A DNA stretch of 42,166 nt from Phoronis australis (taxonomy: Eukaryota; Animalia; Phoronida): the NCBI GenBank assembly GCA_002633005.1, contig NMRA01000019.1:1636690-1678855 (forward strand), in the 5' to 3' direction. Shown here piece after piece: positions 1 to 12,520 of this stretch. The position numbers and the translations under genes were made by a program. The first letter of the stretch is position 1. Each line of letters begins with the position of its first letter. The notes under the pieces are model-generated. The model did no database searches, was not told the origin of the DNA, and was given only the letters and a program-made list of their open reading frames with translations.

Positions 1-509
1 CATATTAAGAAATTATACAGAAATAAGCAATAATTATCTGTGGTAAATCGCAATATACAGCGTGATGAAGTGATCATCAAGAGCAATAACGGATGAGCGC
101 AAATGCGTGATGCTTGTTGAGCATTCCGCTGCATGAAAACACTTGAGGTCGTGTATTGAGTGTTGTATTCTGATTGTTATGCAATTTTACTGTAAATTTC
201 AAATTTCGTGCTTGTTTTTGTGCAAAATGTACTGTATAAAAAGTCTCATATCTAAATTTAGAAATTATGCTTCCGCGATATCACTTAACGTTTGATTTTA
301 CCACGCCGTCATTAATTCAACATAAAGTTTTAGGCTGGTGTAATGTCACGCACTTCGTATTTGTAGGTTGATTCGATTTTATTTCCTTTCAATAGTTGAA
401 CAAAAGTTTATAAACCGATGTCAAGACCTGAGTTGCCAGTGGTGAACGAACTGCGAACAGTAAAATGTTTGTTTGGCCAAAGTTCACCCGTTAAGTCATA
501 AAATGGTAA

Positions 510-730
510 TTGCCGACCAAGGACACGCTTAATCCGAATTGGTCGTCTACGCTAGGCGACCACTTAGCCGACCCAAGTGCCGACCACAGAGGCGACTCAG
601 TAGACGGCTCCTAGCCGACCGTTGTTGGTCGGCTGCTGGTCGGCTAGACGACCGGTCGACGGCCGGTCGTCGACCAATTTCCGACCGGTCGGCCAAAAAT
701 TCGTGATGTGTGCTGTATGCGTAGGCCTAA
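510..730. repeat. Cluster of inverted GCCGACC/GGTCGGC motifs, probable MITE remnant
   Basis: Repeated ccgacc/ggtcgg motifs, a local palindrome ccgaccggtcgg, and an end at GGCCTAA. No matching left TIR was confirmed. Confidence 0.35.
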
Positions 731-2479
731 CAAGTTTTGTTGAAATTTTAAACGCAATTTTTACAGTTGTTATCCACAGACAAACCAGGCTCGACATGTG
801 ACCTGACGCTTTGATGATACTGCTAATGATAACGGTAATAATTGAGACTGAGAATCACAACAGCACAGACGACGATTATGATGGCAATTATGACCGCAAC
901 TTTATTAAAGAGTGCTTCGCTAAATACATCCTATTGTCCATTTTTGATAAGCGTGCTATGAATAAAATAGAACCACATAGATTAACGTGTCGATCCACTC
1001 TGTCAACTCAAGATGCAGGTACATTTCTGGAATAACCTTAATTAACATGTGTGGCATTCAGTGGTTAACTGCTTCATCACTGCAACCAAACGTGAATCCA
1101 GTTTTGATTGTGCGAGTTTGTCTCATTATCTGCACCTGATCAATCGCTTTAGCGCTTCCTCTAGACCAACCTTTTAAGACAACTTATTGGCTCTGGATGG
1201 TGACTTCTGTCTATCAGACAATACAGCCCTGCATCTCGAAATTGTGCAACATCGCTCAAAAATTTCCGAGATATTGCTTGTATTAAGAGCAAATTCTGCA
1301 AGTATTCTGGCTTTCTTCGAGAAATGGTTGTAACTAAGGAACTCAACCGTAGTGTTAACAAAAATGGAGGTGGCAAATTGCAAGTATTTAGTCAAGTTAA
1401 AAAGTCTCCGTGTATACCGCAAAATACAATGTTCAACACCGACAACTTTAAAATTGAGCTTCCTCAAGAACACCCTTGAACATTCCAGGTGTGGCGAAGC
1501 AGTTTTTAAGAGGATCTTGCGTCTTTCACACGGCCATTCTTACGTAACACTCTGAAATTAACAAAAATGGGAAGAAATGAAAACTAGTCGAGGAACATTG
1601 CTCACACGAAATTGATTTTTTTCGTCTCTGCTATCATTAGAATGAAAACTATGAATGCCATTAAATGATGTTACTAATACTTACAATGAAGCGACGATTA
1701 TTGCATGTACATGTACCTAGCAGTCTTGAAAACAAAGTTACAAGCCTACAATATATTTGAAGCCTTAACAACGCCACTCGATACAAGATTGTACCTAGCG
1801 AGTATATTTAATAAAATTGGACACAATTAGAATGTTTTTAATTAACAGCATCTATTAACATAACCAGACACTTTTCAACAAAAAGTCCGTAGAGTAAGAT
1901 TTCTTCCACATATCATTTAATGGAAAGCTTCTATTTCGTTTACCAGGCTGTACGTGTAGACAGTGCATGGCTTAATTATTCAAGTAGCATTGTATTCATT
2001 TTTCTTGGAAATTGGCGCAAAGGAATCCAATACATGTTCATCCCTGTTCACAGCACAATAGCAAGCACTCTCCCTAGTTGTCACAGACGCTACCATTGCC
2101 CCACCAGATACTTGTAAACGTGGAGCAGATTAGTGTCACAGATCACGATTTCATAACAGGCTCAGCGGAGCCCAAATACAAAACGAAGACTCCCCACGTT
2201 TGAGACACAAAGTGGGAATAATTGCATATGAAATTTTAATAAGAATTAGGCATTGAAAAGGAGCTATTGAAACACGAGCTTGTGGGCGAAGATGTTTAAA
2301 CGTACGTTTGAATAGTTTCAATGATACATGCACAATTCCTCCGTAAAATGGATAAAATCCGTTAAATTTTGAAAAATAATCATTCGGAAACAGTCTTTGT
2401 GAGGTACTTGGCAATAAATTTAAAAAACAATCATTTTTCACAATTGTACAAGATAAAAGCTTGTCAAGACATTTGGGTA

Positions 2480-5400
2480 CCGATGGCGGTGATTATTGCA
2501 TCGGATGAACAACCACTTTAAGTCAATGTAGAGGTGGTGTTGGTTCAACTGTTTTAACATCAACACTTAGACCGGGTGAATATTACACTTAGACCAGGTG
2601 AATATTCCATTACTTGCGCTTCAACATCCTCTATAAAAGCCGGAGTCTTGGTTATTTCCGTAGCTTCAACATACGGCTAGGACCCTGTAAAGGCCGTCTT
2701 GTTGTTCCCATTGCTACAGCGAGCTCCATTGTTGGCGGTCTTGTTGGTCCAAAGGGTTCATATTTCGCTCTTGGACCCATTGCTTGTTGTGATCTTGTTG
2801 GTCCACCAGCTCCAACTTGCGATCTTGGTCCTGCTGGAGGGGGTCCCGTTATTCCTATAGCTTCAGCATTCGCGACCAGGTCCAGAGCTGGCAGTCTCGT
2901 AGATTCCATAAATTCAACGCAACCACTTGGACCCTAAAGGGGGTCTTGTTGGTTCAGTAAATTTACGATTCGCTCTTGGTACCTGTGTTGGCCTTCTTGT
3001 TGTTCCTGTAACATCCTTAAACACATTTGGTCCCGGTGGAAGCGGTCTCGTTGGCCNCTTCATTATACGTACTGGGTCCCATTGCTGGAGGTGGGCTTGG
3101 CGGTCCTGCTGGTCCAACAGCTTTCAAAGTCTCACCAGATTCCTGTGGTGGCGATCTTATTGGTCCTTTAACTTCAGTATACGCACTTGGTGCTGGTGGA
3201 GGTGGTCTTGTTAGTCCATTTGATTCAACATACTCACTTAGTCCAGGTGGAGGCTTTCATTTTGGAACAATGGCTTCAAAATTCGAACTTGATCCCGTTG
3301 TTGACGGTCTTGTTGGTCCAAAGGGTTCATATTTCGCTCTTGGACCCATTGCTTGTTGTGGTCTTGTTGGTCCACCAGCTCCAACTTGCGATCTTGGTCC
3401 TGCTGGAGGGGGTCCCGTTATTCCTATAGCTTCAGCATTCGCGACCAGGTCCAGAGCTGGCAGTCTCGTAGATTCCATAAATTCAACGCAACCACTTGGA
3501 CCCTAAAGGGGGTCTTGTTGGTTCAGTAAATTTACGATTCGCTCTTGGTACCTGTGTTGGCCTTCTTGTTGTTCCTGTAACATCCTTAAACACATTTGGT
3601 CCCGGTGGAAGCGGTCTCGTTGGCCGCATAGATCCAGCAATCGCATTTGGCTCTGATGGTTGTGGTCGTGTTATACCTATGGGTTCACAAGTCATTCTTG
3701 GTAACGACGGCAACGTTTTTTTGTTCCAATGGGTTCGAAGTTTGCTCTTTGACCCATTTTTGGTGGCGGTCTTTTTGGTCCCTCAGCTCCAAAATGTGAT
3801 TTTGGTCCCGGTGGAGGCGGCCTTTTTGTACCTATAGCTTCAGCATTTGCGACTGGTTCCACAACAAGGGGTTTCGTAGGTCCCAGAAAGTCAACGTAGG
3901 CACTTGGACCCGGTGGAGGCGGTTTTGTTTTTCCAGTGGATTCACGATTCGCTCTTGGTACCAGCTGTAATGGTCTAGTTGGTCCTTTTATGTTCAGTAT
4001 ACTCACTTGGTGCCAGATGAGGAAGCCTTGTTGGCTGTATAGATCCAACACACGCACTTGGTCCCAGTGGAGGCGCTTTTTGTTATACTGATCAGTCCAT
4101 TATTTGTTATTGGTGCCGGTGGTAGCGGTTTTGTTAGTACAATAGGGTTCCAATTCGCTTTTCGTCCCAGAACTTTCTGATTTGTTTGTCCTACAGTTCC
4201 GATATGCGATCTTGGTCCCGGTGCAGCCAGCTTCCCTTTGGTGAAGGTCTTTTTCGTACAATAACTTCAACAGATGCCCTTGATCCAGGTAGTGGAAGTC
4301 TTGGTGGTCTCATAGATTCAGCATATTCTCTTGCTCTCCGTCGCGACTGTATTTTTGATCCCATAGCTTCTACATTGCTATTTAATCCCATTGAATGAAG
4401 TCTGGTAGGTCCCATATGTTCAACATACGAACTTGGTCCCAGGGATGGCTCATTTGCTGATGCCGTAGCATCATCGTACTCAATTGTTGCCTTTGGTGGC
4501 GGTCTTGTTCGTTCCATAACTTCAACATACGCACTTGATTTCTGTGGAGGCGATCTTGGTGGCACCATGGCTTGAACATACGAACTTTGTCCAGGTGGGA
4601 GCGATGGTGGTGAAGGCCTTGTTTCTCCCATGGCATCGTCATATTTTCGTGTTCCCGTTTGAGGCCTTATTGTTCGTACCAAATTTTCAAAGTGCTCAAT
4701 TGGTCGTAGTGGTGGATCCAAAATTTCAACTCCTGCATATGGTCCCGGTTGTTGCGATCTTGTTTCTCCCTTGGTTACATTATAGGCACCTTTTCCTGGT
4801 GGAGGCGGTCTTTTTGACCTCGTAGTTTTAAGGTACTCAATTGGCCCCTTTGGTGGAGGTCTTTTTTGTCCCGAAATTGCAGCATACGCGCTTAAACGCG
4901 GTGGGTGTGATCCTCTTGGTCCCAAAGCGTCAACAAGCAAAGTTGGTCTTGGTGGTGCCGGCGGTGGCTGTAGAGGCATTGCTTTTTTCATTTTTTCATG
5001 ATTTTTGCGTGGTCTCGTTCGAAGTTCTCTTCTTGATCCTGTAACTTTAATATGCTCACGCCGCCACGTCGCCCTTGTTTGTCCCATGCTTCAAAACAGG
5101 AAGTTGGGCTCGGTAGTGGCGGCGGTGGTGGTGGAGCTACTGTTGTTCCCATGTTTTCAAGATATTTATGTGGTCCAATTTGGAAGCCACGTACTTGGTT
5201 CCATAGCATCAATATACTCACGTGGTCCCGCCGATCGCGGTCTTCTTCGTCCCATGGCTTCAACATATTCAGTTCGTCCAGGTGGCCCCATTGCTACATC
5301 ATTCATAGTTGTTTTGTGTGGAAACGTTTTTGTTGGTATCGTTTGCTCAACGTCCTCATTTGGTCCCGGTAGTGGCGGTCTTGTCCGTCCCAGCACCGCA

Positions 5401-6220
5401 TCACTCCAACTTGGTCCCAAAGGTAACCGGCCTGTTAGTCTCAATGATTCGACATGTGGCCATGGTGACGGTTTTGTAAATCTGAAACCTTCAGGATGCA
5501 CACTACTTGTTATCACCTTTGGCGTTCTTGTTGGTCTCATAAGTTCAACATACGGACGTGGACCCGCTGGATTTGACCTTCTTGGTCCCAGAGCTTCAAC
5601 GTGCCCACATGGTTTCGTGAATGTTGTTTTTGTTGGTTCCATAACTTCAATAAACGAACGTGTTACCGTAGCTGGCGATAGTTGTGGCGGTTTTATTTGT
5701 CTCATTCCTCCACCATACACACTGGAACCCGCGTTAGGCGGTCTTGTTAGTCCCATGGCTTCAGCATATGAGCTTCGTCCCTGTGATGGCGTTCTTGTTG
5801 GTCTTATAGCTTTAACATACGGCCTTGGTCCCGATGATCCCTGTCTTGCTTGTCTCAAAGCTTAAAATATGCATATGGTTCCTCAACATCCGCTATTTGT
5901 TCCTTTGGTGGCGGTCGTCTTGGTTCAACCGCTTCAGCATTCACTGATGGTGTCGGTAGTGGCACTATGTTATTTTCCATGGCCTTATTATATGCACTTG
6001 GTGCCGCTATTGCCGGTCTTCCTGATCTCATAGCATCAACACTGACACTTCGTCTCGCTGGTGACGTTTTTTTTGGCCCCAAACCTTCATCTTGATCTCT
6101 TATAGTCGGTTTCGGAAGTCTTATCTCTTCCGTGCCTTGAACTTGACTATACGGCCACAGGGACCGTAATTGTTCTCTCTGTATGTGTCTGCACGATTTT
6201 AAGATGACTTCTGGATCCAT
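2480..6220 (-). repeat. Degenerate tandem array of about 51-nt units encoding a Pro/Gly/Tyr-rich repeat (approx. MGPTRPPPPGPSAYVEA); frameshifted, so a pseudogene or an error-containing exon
   Basis: Overlapping minus-strand ORFs (5855..6220, 5166..5858, 4988..5266, 4191..5087, 3692..4057, 3483..3713, 3257..3478, 2652..2909) carry the same GPTRPP motif, mostly with a YVExM-like motif, in alternating frames. Confidence 0.7.
2736..3625. repeat. Near-identical duplication of about 320 bp (2736-3056 vs 3305-3625), first copy ending at a single N
   Basis: Offset 569 nt, one visible mismatch, N at 3057. Confidence 0.85.
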
Positions 6221-7069
6221 CTAATGAATCTGTAGATGTAGTTTGAACTCGAAATTTCGAGTTTTTACTCGAGTTTGTAGCACGAATATAAGGGTCTTCA
6301 AGGGCAAACTTGAACTAGAAACTCCTATGAATAAACTATAATGTATTCGAGCACAGACTGATAGCCAATTATCTTAAGTTCGCACAAAAGGAGCAGAGAA
6401 ATTGCAAAAAATAGTTTCAACTTCGTTTTGAGTACAAGATTTGAGACCGGGCCCAGGTTTCTGAAGCATAGCTTAAAATTCTAGCGTTTTATTTGAAATG
6501 CAAAAAGCGTCTCCATGTGTCAGCAGCTTTAATTCAACGAACCTCAAAAAATAAAACTATTGAAAAACACCACTGATGATCGTGGATTCTTTGCTTTTCT
6601 GATCTTTGTCTTGCTATTTTTGTAGCATGGTCTGAGGTACTTGGCATCTAAGACAACGTGGTCGTTATCCTTGATATCTGTTTGCATATTCAGGTCCGGA
6701 GACTGTGCTGCTGCTGGTGATGCAAGTACACCTGAAAAAAATACGCGAACTGTTAACAAGACCGGTGTGTTAGCATGAAATTTCTTCAAACAGACTTATC
6801 AGGCCTTGACAAACCACTAGCCTATCACATTAAAATCCCGTCTGACATGTCGCCGGAACATGTACTGGTTGTTTTTGGATGAATTAGCGCAATTTATTGC
6901 ACTACAAAATGCGCCCTTCCCATTGTTCTGTGCTTCTTCTTTGGCAGTTGGGTATGGACCACTTGGCGGCGCTGGGAGTAGCGATAACAGCGAACTCAGA
7001 AGTGAACTCTCTTATTGTACTACACGTCAAAATTAAGCGCTTCTTAGAAACATTGCATTGCGTTCTTAG

Positions 7070-7272
7070 TCACCTTGTACAAGGCGTGCGCAGGTCGCTA
7101 AGACAGGCCCATTCCACTGCTTACTTGGACCTAATTTTATGCTTCATTATTTATAAAATTAAAAACGAGTTCAATAGCTAGATACCCAACTCAAGGGTCC
7201 AACACTGTATCCAGTGGGTCTCAAACTCACGACCTTGAGTAAAGGAAGAGAATACCTAACCCACTTACTTAA
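7070..7272 (-). mobile_element. tRNA-derived SINE, diverged copy of the 38065-38337 family
   Basis: The reverse complement shares ctttactcRaggtcgtg, acccttgag..tctagct, aatgggcc and cctgcgcacg..gtacaaggtg with the 38 kb copy. Confidence 0.7.
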
Positions 7273-7969
7273 GTTAGTGATGACCAGAAGCAGTTTTGTA
7301 AGAAATGGCAGTAAGGTTTTGAATTTTTATTGGAATTGATACATAAAGCTGATGCCTTTCTGATTAACGTTTAAATCTACCCACAGCATACAGTTCGCAC
7401 TCTTGTAATGAATATCATTGGGCGTAAGGAATGACTAGCTTTTCACTCGTTGTTTAATCTCAAAGATGTTCTTTTATTATACAATCTACCAGTGTGCATT
7501 AATGCAATTTTTTTTCTGTTTACGTACGACTTTACCGATATACTGGAAAATATCGCCATCAGATGTGGAGGTAAGTGCAATATGTTCTTCACTTCTGTAT
7601 TGTTTAGGGCCGTTTGGTTGTAAAGGTGAGTGGAAAAAATAACAAAATTTGTGACTTAATGGTTTACAGTGATGACTGTTGTACTGATTTGTCATCTAGA
7701 CAAACATCCGATTTTAAGTTCGTTCTCTTGTTGTTTCTTGCAGTCGAGTAGAGGGTGATTTTGTTAATTGGTAAATCAAACACATACTGTACAGGAAGCA
7801 AGAACTAGGGACTCAATGCGATTTGGTGGTACATGTACTTATATCAATGCTTGCAACACGAGTGGATGTTGAACTAAACATGACTGCGAAAGTTCAATGG
7901 CCCAATCCATAGACCTACATGTATTTTGGTGGTGTGGGAAAACGAACGTGAGCGGAAATCATGTATTAA

Positions 7970-9281
7970 AGGGGTAAACCTAAAAAGGGAAGACAACCGT
8001 TTTTAGGGTTATTTTAGTCAAAACATGTTTTTTTCTGTTATCCAAGACAAATGTTGAAAAAGAATTAATTTATATGGGTTCTAAATAATTGTCCACGCGT
8101 CACTTCGGCTGTAACGTCCGAGGCCCTGGATCATTTGCCGCCGTTGCTCTCATGCACTTTGATCTGTGTGTGACGAGTGCGAGGAAAACGTTTGTAACAT
8201 CAGTCAATTTAAGAAATTACGCAGAGATAATGACAAATCCTCAGGATTCTGAAAAGGTGATACATGTAATTACTGCACCTTCTAGAACTGGGTTTTTGAA
8301 ACAAGAGGCGTTGCAAGCTCAAGTCACTGCAGTAGTTGTTACTGATAGCAAAGAAACTGGCTTCAACCTTGCATCAGCGCAATCTCCGCCATGGCCAATA
8401 ATTAAGCAGTACAAGGTAGAGTTCGATAACGCTAAGACCAAGCTAAGATCTTGCTAGAAAAGCAAGACTTAGCGAGAACTTGCCGTGTGATTTCAAAAAG
8501 AGTATGTGATTTTGGCTAGATGTTTCTCGCGATGAGACGGCAACTGAACTCTACCCAGCGACATCATGCACTTGCCTTGGTTTCAGCCTATAGCATACCA
8601 TGAGCAACCTGCGGCGATGGTGAATTATGGCAGTGACGACACGCCCAGTTCATCGTCAAGTGAAGACAGTGACTCAACCAGGTCTAAGTTTGAGGATTTG
8701 CATTATAGTCCCAGGAAATTTTTATCCTCGACACCTTGTTCACTCGACTCAAACGCTAATGCAAGTGCATATTACCTAGCCGTAAAAAAATCATCACCAA
8801 TTCCGCTGTTAACGGGTCTGAGTCTCAAACCGCAGTGCCCCCTACTCCAGCCATTTCAGATCAAATGATTGCTTAAGCCAAATCGAAGGCTAAACATGCA
8901 ATCCACAAATGTTCACATTGAACCGTTGCTTACGCAAGAATGTAGGAGAACCAGGGGCGGATCCAGGATTTTGAGTTGGAGGGGCAGGAATGATTATTTG
9001 CCAGGATTTTGCCCATCACACATTCGCACCCCCGAACTGCCAAAGGGAATCTAGGAAAATTTTAGGGGGTGCCATGGCCGCTTTGGTCCCCCTATAAATT
9101 CACCACTGGGAACTCTCCGGGCCACACGCGTATTAAATTGCAGCCCAGGGACATAAATCTAATTCCAAAATACAGTATAACCAGAAAATAGTGTTCCGAA
9201 TAAAACTAACCTTAAAAACTGTTGTCTTTCCTTATAAAAGGCAGTTTCTTAGCGCTTGGTTCAATGTCCGTTGTTGACCCT
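7970..9281. mobile_element. Non-autonomous DNA transposon with imperfect inverted termini, probably Kolobok-type
   Basis: Left end TTAA|AGGGGTAAAC. 7981-8042 (aagggaagacaaccgtttttagggttatttt) is inverted at 9175-9235. Right end TTGACCCT|TTCA has a degenerate TTAA. Confidence 0.5.
8952..9108. mobile_element. Short hAT-like MITE nested in the 7970-9281 element
   Basis: Termini CAGGGGCGGATCCAGG ... TAAATTCACCACTG with G/C runs inside. Confidence 0.5.
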
Positions 9282-9796
9282 TTCACCTAATGCTAAAAGT
9301 ATACCTTGCAGCGCGGTGTGAATTGTCCAATGCTGAAGGATGGATTACACATCGAGATTCTATTCTCTATGTATTCACCCAAAATCCTGCAATATCCGAC
9401 AAGCACTTTTGCAGCCTCTTTTTCGCTCCCCTGGAGTTCTACATTTTATTTGTTGTTGTTGTTGTCATTGCAAGTTATTGCAGCTTCATTACTCTAAATA
9501 TCCATCCTGTGCTGTTCCGTGTGCTGCAACCGCAAAAATACAAACAAAATAACGAAAATCTTTAGGCCTACATAAATGAGCGCGAGCATGAGTTGCGGTG
9601 ATGTTAAATTTTATTTCTTCGTTACTTGTAGTTGCTCGACTCAACTGTAGCATACAAAAAACGTTCTATTTAACATTGCCTATATACTTACTCAAAGGAA
9701 CGTCAAACTACATGGATCTACGGTAATTAAAAAGGTACTTAGAAAACACGTTAGAACGTTGAAGTTCGGACTATGTAACAAACTAGAGTGTAAGTA

Positions 9797-10075
9797 CATT
9801 GGCGAATTTAGGGGGGGGGGCTAGTGGACCCCGCCCTCCCCCCTTGGCTGCCGTAAGCAAAAATAAAACAGCAGCAGCCTGAACCGCGAGGAAATATTGA
9901 GTAAGCAAGTAGGACGAGGAGAAAGGGGTGCCCAAGATCGCGGCGTTCCCGTTAGTCCATCGGTAGATTTTCCGAACAGAAGGTCCACATACCCGGCTCA
10001 CGCATCTTCTGGCTGCGCTGCATATACAATCGCACTTTGCCCGATTCCCCGAGACAACATGTTGGGTCCCACCGT
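9797..10075 (+). mobile_element. MITE of the CATAGGCGGATTTAG family
   Basis: Starts CATTGGCGAATTTAGGGGG. Shares gaggaaatattga and cgattccccgagacaa with 37105-37426. Confidence 0.55.
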
Positions 10076-10086
10076 ATGGTATCTTG

Positions 10087-11151
10087 CACAGGCGAATTTA
10101 GGGGGGGAGGCTCGGGCCCCCACCCCCTTTGACTGCCGCAAAAAATGAAACATCAAGAGCGTAGGGAAATGTTGAGTTTATTAATTAACCCCGCTAATTA
10201 AAATCTTACGGCTGAAACAAGATTTAAATGTGTGCAGTTTTAGTGTTTGGGGGGCTCAGATCCAATTTCAAGTCTCAAATTCGGAACACGGCGCAATCGT
10301 AACGGAACTATGGCTAAGTATAGGCTCTCCGACGCGATATCTCAGGCGACCGGCAGTGNTGACACTGCGCCAGAACAAAGAGCGTAGGGAAATGTTGAGT
10401 TTATTAATTAACCCCGCTAATTAAAATCTTACGGCTGAAACAAGATTTAAATGTGTGCAGTTTTAGTGTTTGGGGGGCTCAGATCCAATTTCAAGTCTCA
10501 AATTCGGAACACGGCGCAATCGTAACGGAACTATGGCTAAGTATAGGCTCTCCGACGCGATATCTCAGGCGACCGGCAGTGGCGCTGGGCACTACGACTC
10601 CGTTTCCGTCGTCTGCTCCGCTGGGGAATGAAGAAAATTACTTCATTTTTTAATAAAAATGGAATGTTGGTGATGATGAAAAAACAGAAGCTGCTGGTAA
10701 GATGTCAACTTCAATCGAAGCCATAGTGAATCACTCAGAATCTCATAATTTTCTCTTTGTCAAACCTGAACTCAAGACGATTTCCTAAGGACCTAAGCAA
10801 TCGCGTAATTATTGCCAACACAGTGGAGCAGACGACGGAAACGGAATCGTTGTGCCCGACACCACTGCCGGTCGCATGGGATATCGCGGGAGAGCACCTA
10901 TACTTAGCCATAGTTCCAATTCCGCCGTGTTTCGAATTTGAGACTTGAAATTGGACCTGAGCCCCCCCCNCCCCCCCGCCTCACAAACACTAAAACTGCA
11001 CACATTGAAATCTTGTTTCAGCCGTACACAATTTTAATTACCGGGGTTAATTAATAAACTCAACACTTCCCTACGTTTTTCCTGTTTTATTTTTTTGCAG
11101 CAGCCAAGGAGGGGGGTCCCCTGCCCCCCCAAAATCCTAAGTCCGCCTATG
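10087..11151. mobile_element. Foldback structure: two inverted arms of about 330 bp around a spacer of about 200 bp
   Basis: The left arm (10087-10623, including a 223-nt-offset duplication) is the reverse complement of 10821-11151. Outer termini are CACAGGCGAATTTAG / CTAAGTCCGCCTATG. Confidence 0.8.
10155..10581. repeat. Exact duplication of about 204 bp across a single N (probable assembly overlap)
   Basis: 10155-10358 equals 10378-10581, with N at 10359. Confidence 0.85.
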
Positions 11152-11273
11152 TACTAAAATTATATTTGATGAAGTATCAGAATGTATAGTGTCGTGGTAG
11201 CGATGAAAGGTCTTGCTTTCTTCTTGTGTTGCAGCAACTGCACAAACCAATTGGTTGCACTGGTAGCAGCCTG

Positions 11274-11348
11274 CATCGGCGGTGCATCACAGGGTGGGTG
11301 GCGGGGGGGCTCTAGCTCTCCACTTTTTTCAGTGCTGCGCCGCCCATG
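11274..11348. mobile_element. Mini-MITE of about 75 bp
   Basis: Termini CATCGGCGGTGCA / TGCGCCGCCCATG. Its reverse complement aligns to 21273-21350. Confidence 0.65.
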
Positions 11349-11399
11349 CCCTGGAGTATTCAATAGGGAACAGATTCGAAATTGTTGGTTGGACATAAA

Positions 11400-11640
11400 A
11401 TGAACAGAGAGCTGGGAGAACTCTGTAATGAAAAGTTGGAGCCCAGGATCGTACTGGGGAATGATGGCCCCAGTCGTTGAGATCATGCACAAAACCAGGG
11501 TCCACCACCTCAACACTTGTTGTCAATGGTCAGAGGATCAACCAAAATTTGTGACGAAGGGAGTGGCTCAACATTCAATGTTTCATGAGGAATATCCCAT
11601 TGGTTTTTACCTGTTTAGCACTCTTCCCATGTACCCCCTG
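11400..11640 (-). mobile_element. Possible highly decayed LINE RT fragment
   Basis: STTGAIIPQYDPGLQLF loosely resembles GVPQGSILGPLLF, with an upstream NGI-like segment. The match is weak. Confidence 0.25.
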
Positions 11641-12113
11641 GGAGGGGGGTCATCAAGTATCCATTTCCCACCCTCCTGGTTTGTACCCCTCCCTTGTACC
11701 TTGGAGCAGCTCCCCAGATCCCCCAATTATGCAGTCCATGGACGTATGAAGTGTTATAAGGAACGGTAATCAGTGGCGGGTTTAGACGGGGGGCATGGGC
11801 CCGCTTAAATTCTCCCAGAACACAATGTCAAACTCTTTTTAAATAAAAGGTCATATTGTGATTTTGATTACATTGGTGTTTTTACATGGAGCCACAATTA
11901 TATTGTTTCTTTGAGCAAATTATCTGCCTACCCAAATCGTGGCAAAAACAAATGTACATAGTTTAAATATATGATCACTAATTTATTGCAATTTCAGGAA
12001 AATAAGCCAAGTGATTTACAGACAGATGAAGTACAATTTCTCAGTAAGTTTTCACCACATTAATCATTCTCAAATATAAATACAGTGGTGACACATGTAT
12101 TTGAAAAAGGTGA

Positions 12114-12520
12114 TTAATACATTGTGTCAACAGCATTTGTCTCAGCAGTGACTTCCCTTTCTTCGTCAGGAAGCCTTTCCCGTTGTTGGCTCACAGAGCT
12201 GTGGGCACGACTTCCGGGCCGTGCGCGAGGAGTCACAAACGAGCTCCTCATGGACCCCGGTCTCGACGTTTCCATTCGCGGAATGCTCACCGTCTTAAAC
12301 TCTTCACCTCGCAGATCATTCAGTCCCCATATACTGCCATGCGTGCTCATGCGCAAGGCGTTGTCGTAGAGCTTTGTTTTCGATTGCTGTCTTAACCTGG
12401 CAGCACAAACGCAGATCATAATGATGAAAACAACGAGAGTGAGAAGAGCAAGCCAAGCGATGAACCCAATTATCACAGAGTCTTGCAAAAGCCCAGTTCC
12501 CATAGCGCCTGTTTGTGAAC
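12114..12520 (-). CDS. Collagen-EGF-TM gene last exon: TM helix and Ser/Arg-rich cytoplasmic tail
   Basis: Hydrophobic [26 protein letters not shown] followed by basic RLRQQSKTK. Acceptor TTTGTAG at 12521; an in-frame alternative acceptor lies at 12509. Confidence 0.85.

Noticed and set aside
1174-1473. IFERCCTISRC resembling an insulin A chain
   Set aside because: The final Cys, B chain and signal peptide are all missing.
5005-5865. Long plus-strand Gly/Val-rich ORFs over the array
   Set aside because: Most likely antisense shadows of the Pro-rich repeat, although the coding strand is not proven.
2480-6220. Array read as a CRISPR array or as collagen
   Set aside because: It has no identical repeats with unique spacers, no cas genes, a eukaryotic context and no Gly-X-Y periodicity.
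6544-7695. Candidate upstream exons for the Pro-rich array (acceptors near 6732 and 7696)
   Set aside because: I could not build a phase-consistent model linking them to 6220.
10230-11003. Three similar short ORFs (MCSFSV...) suggesting a peptide family
   Set aside because: They are copies of the foldback arm with non-ATG starts, and one comes from the duplication at the N.
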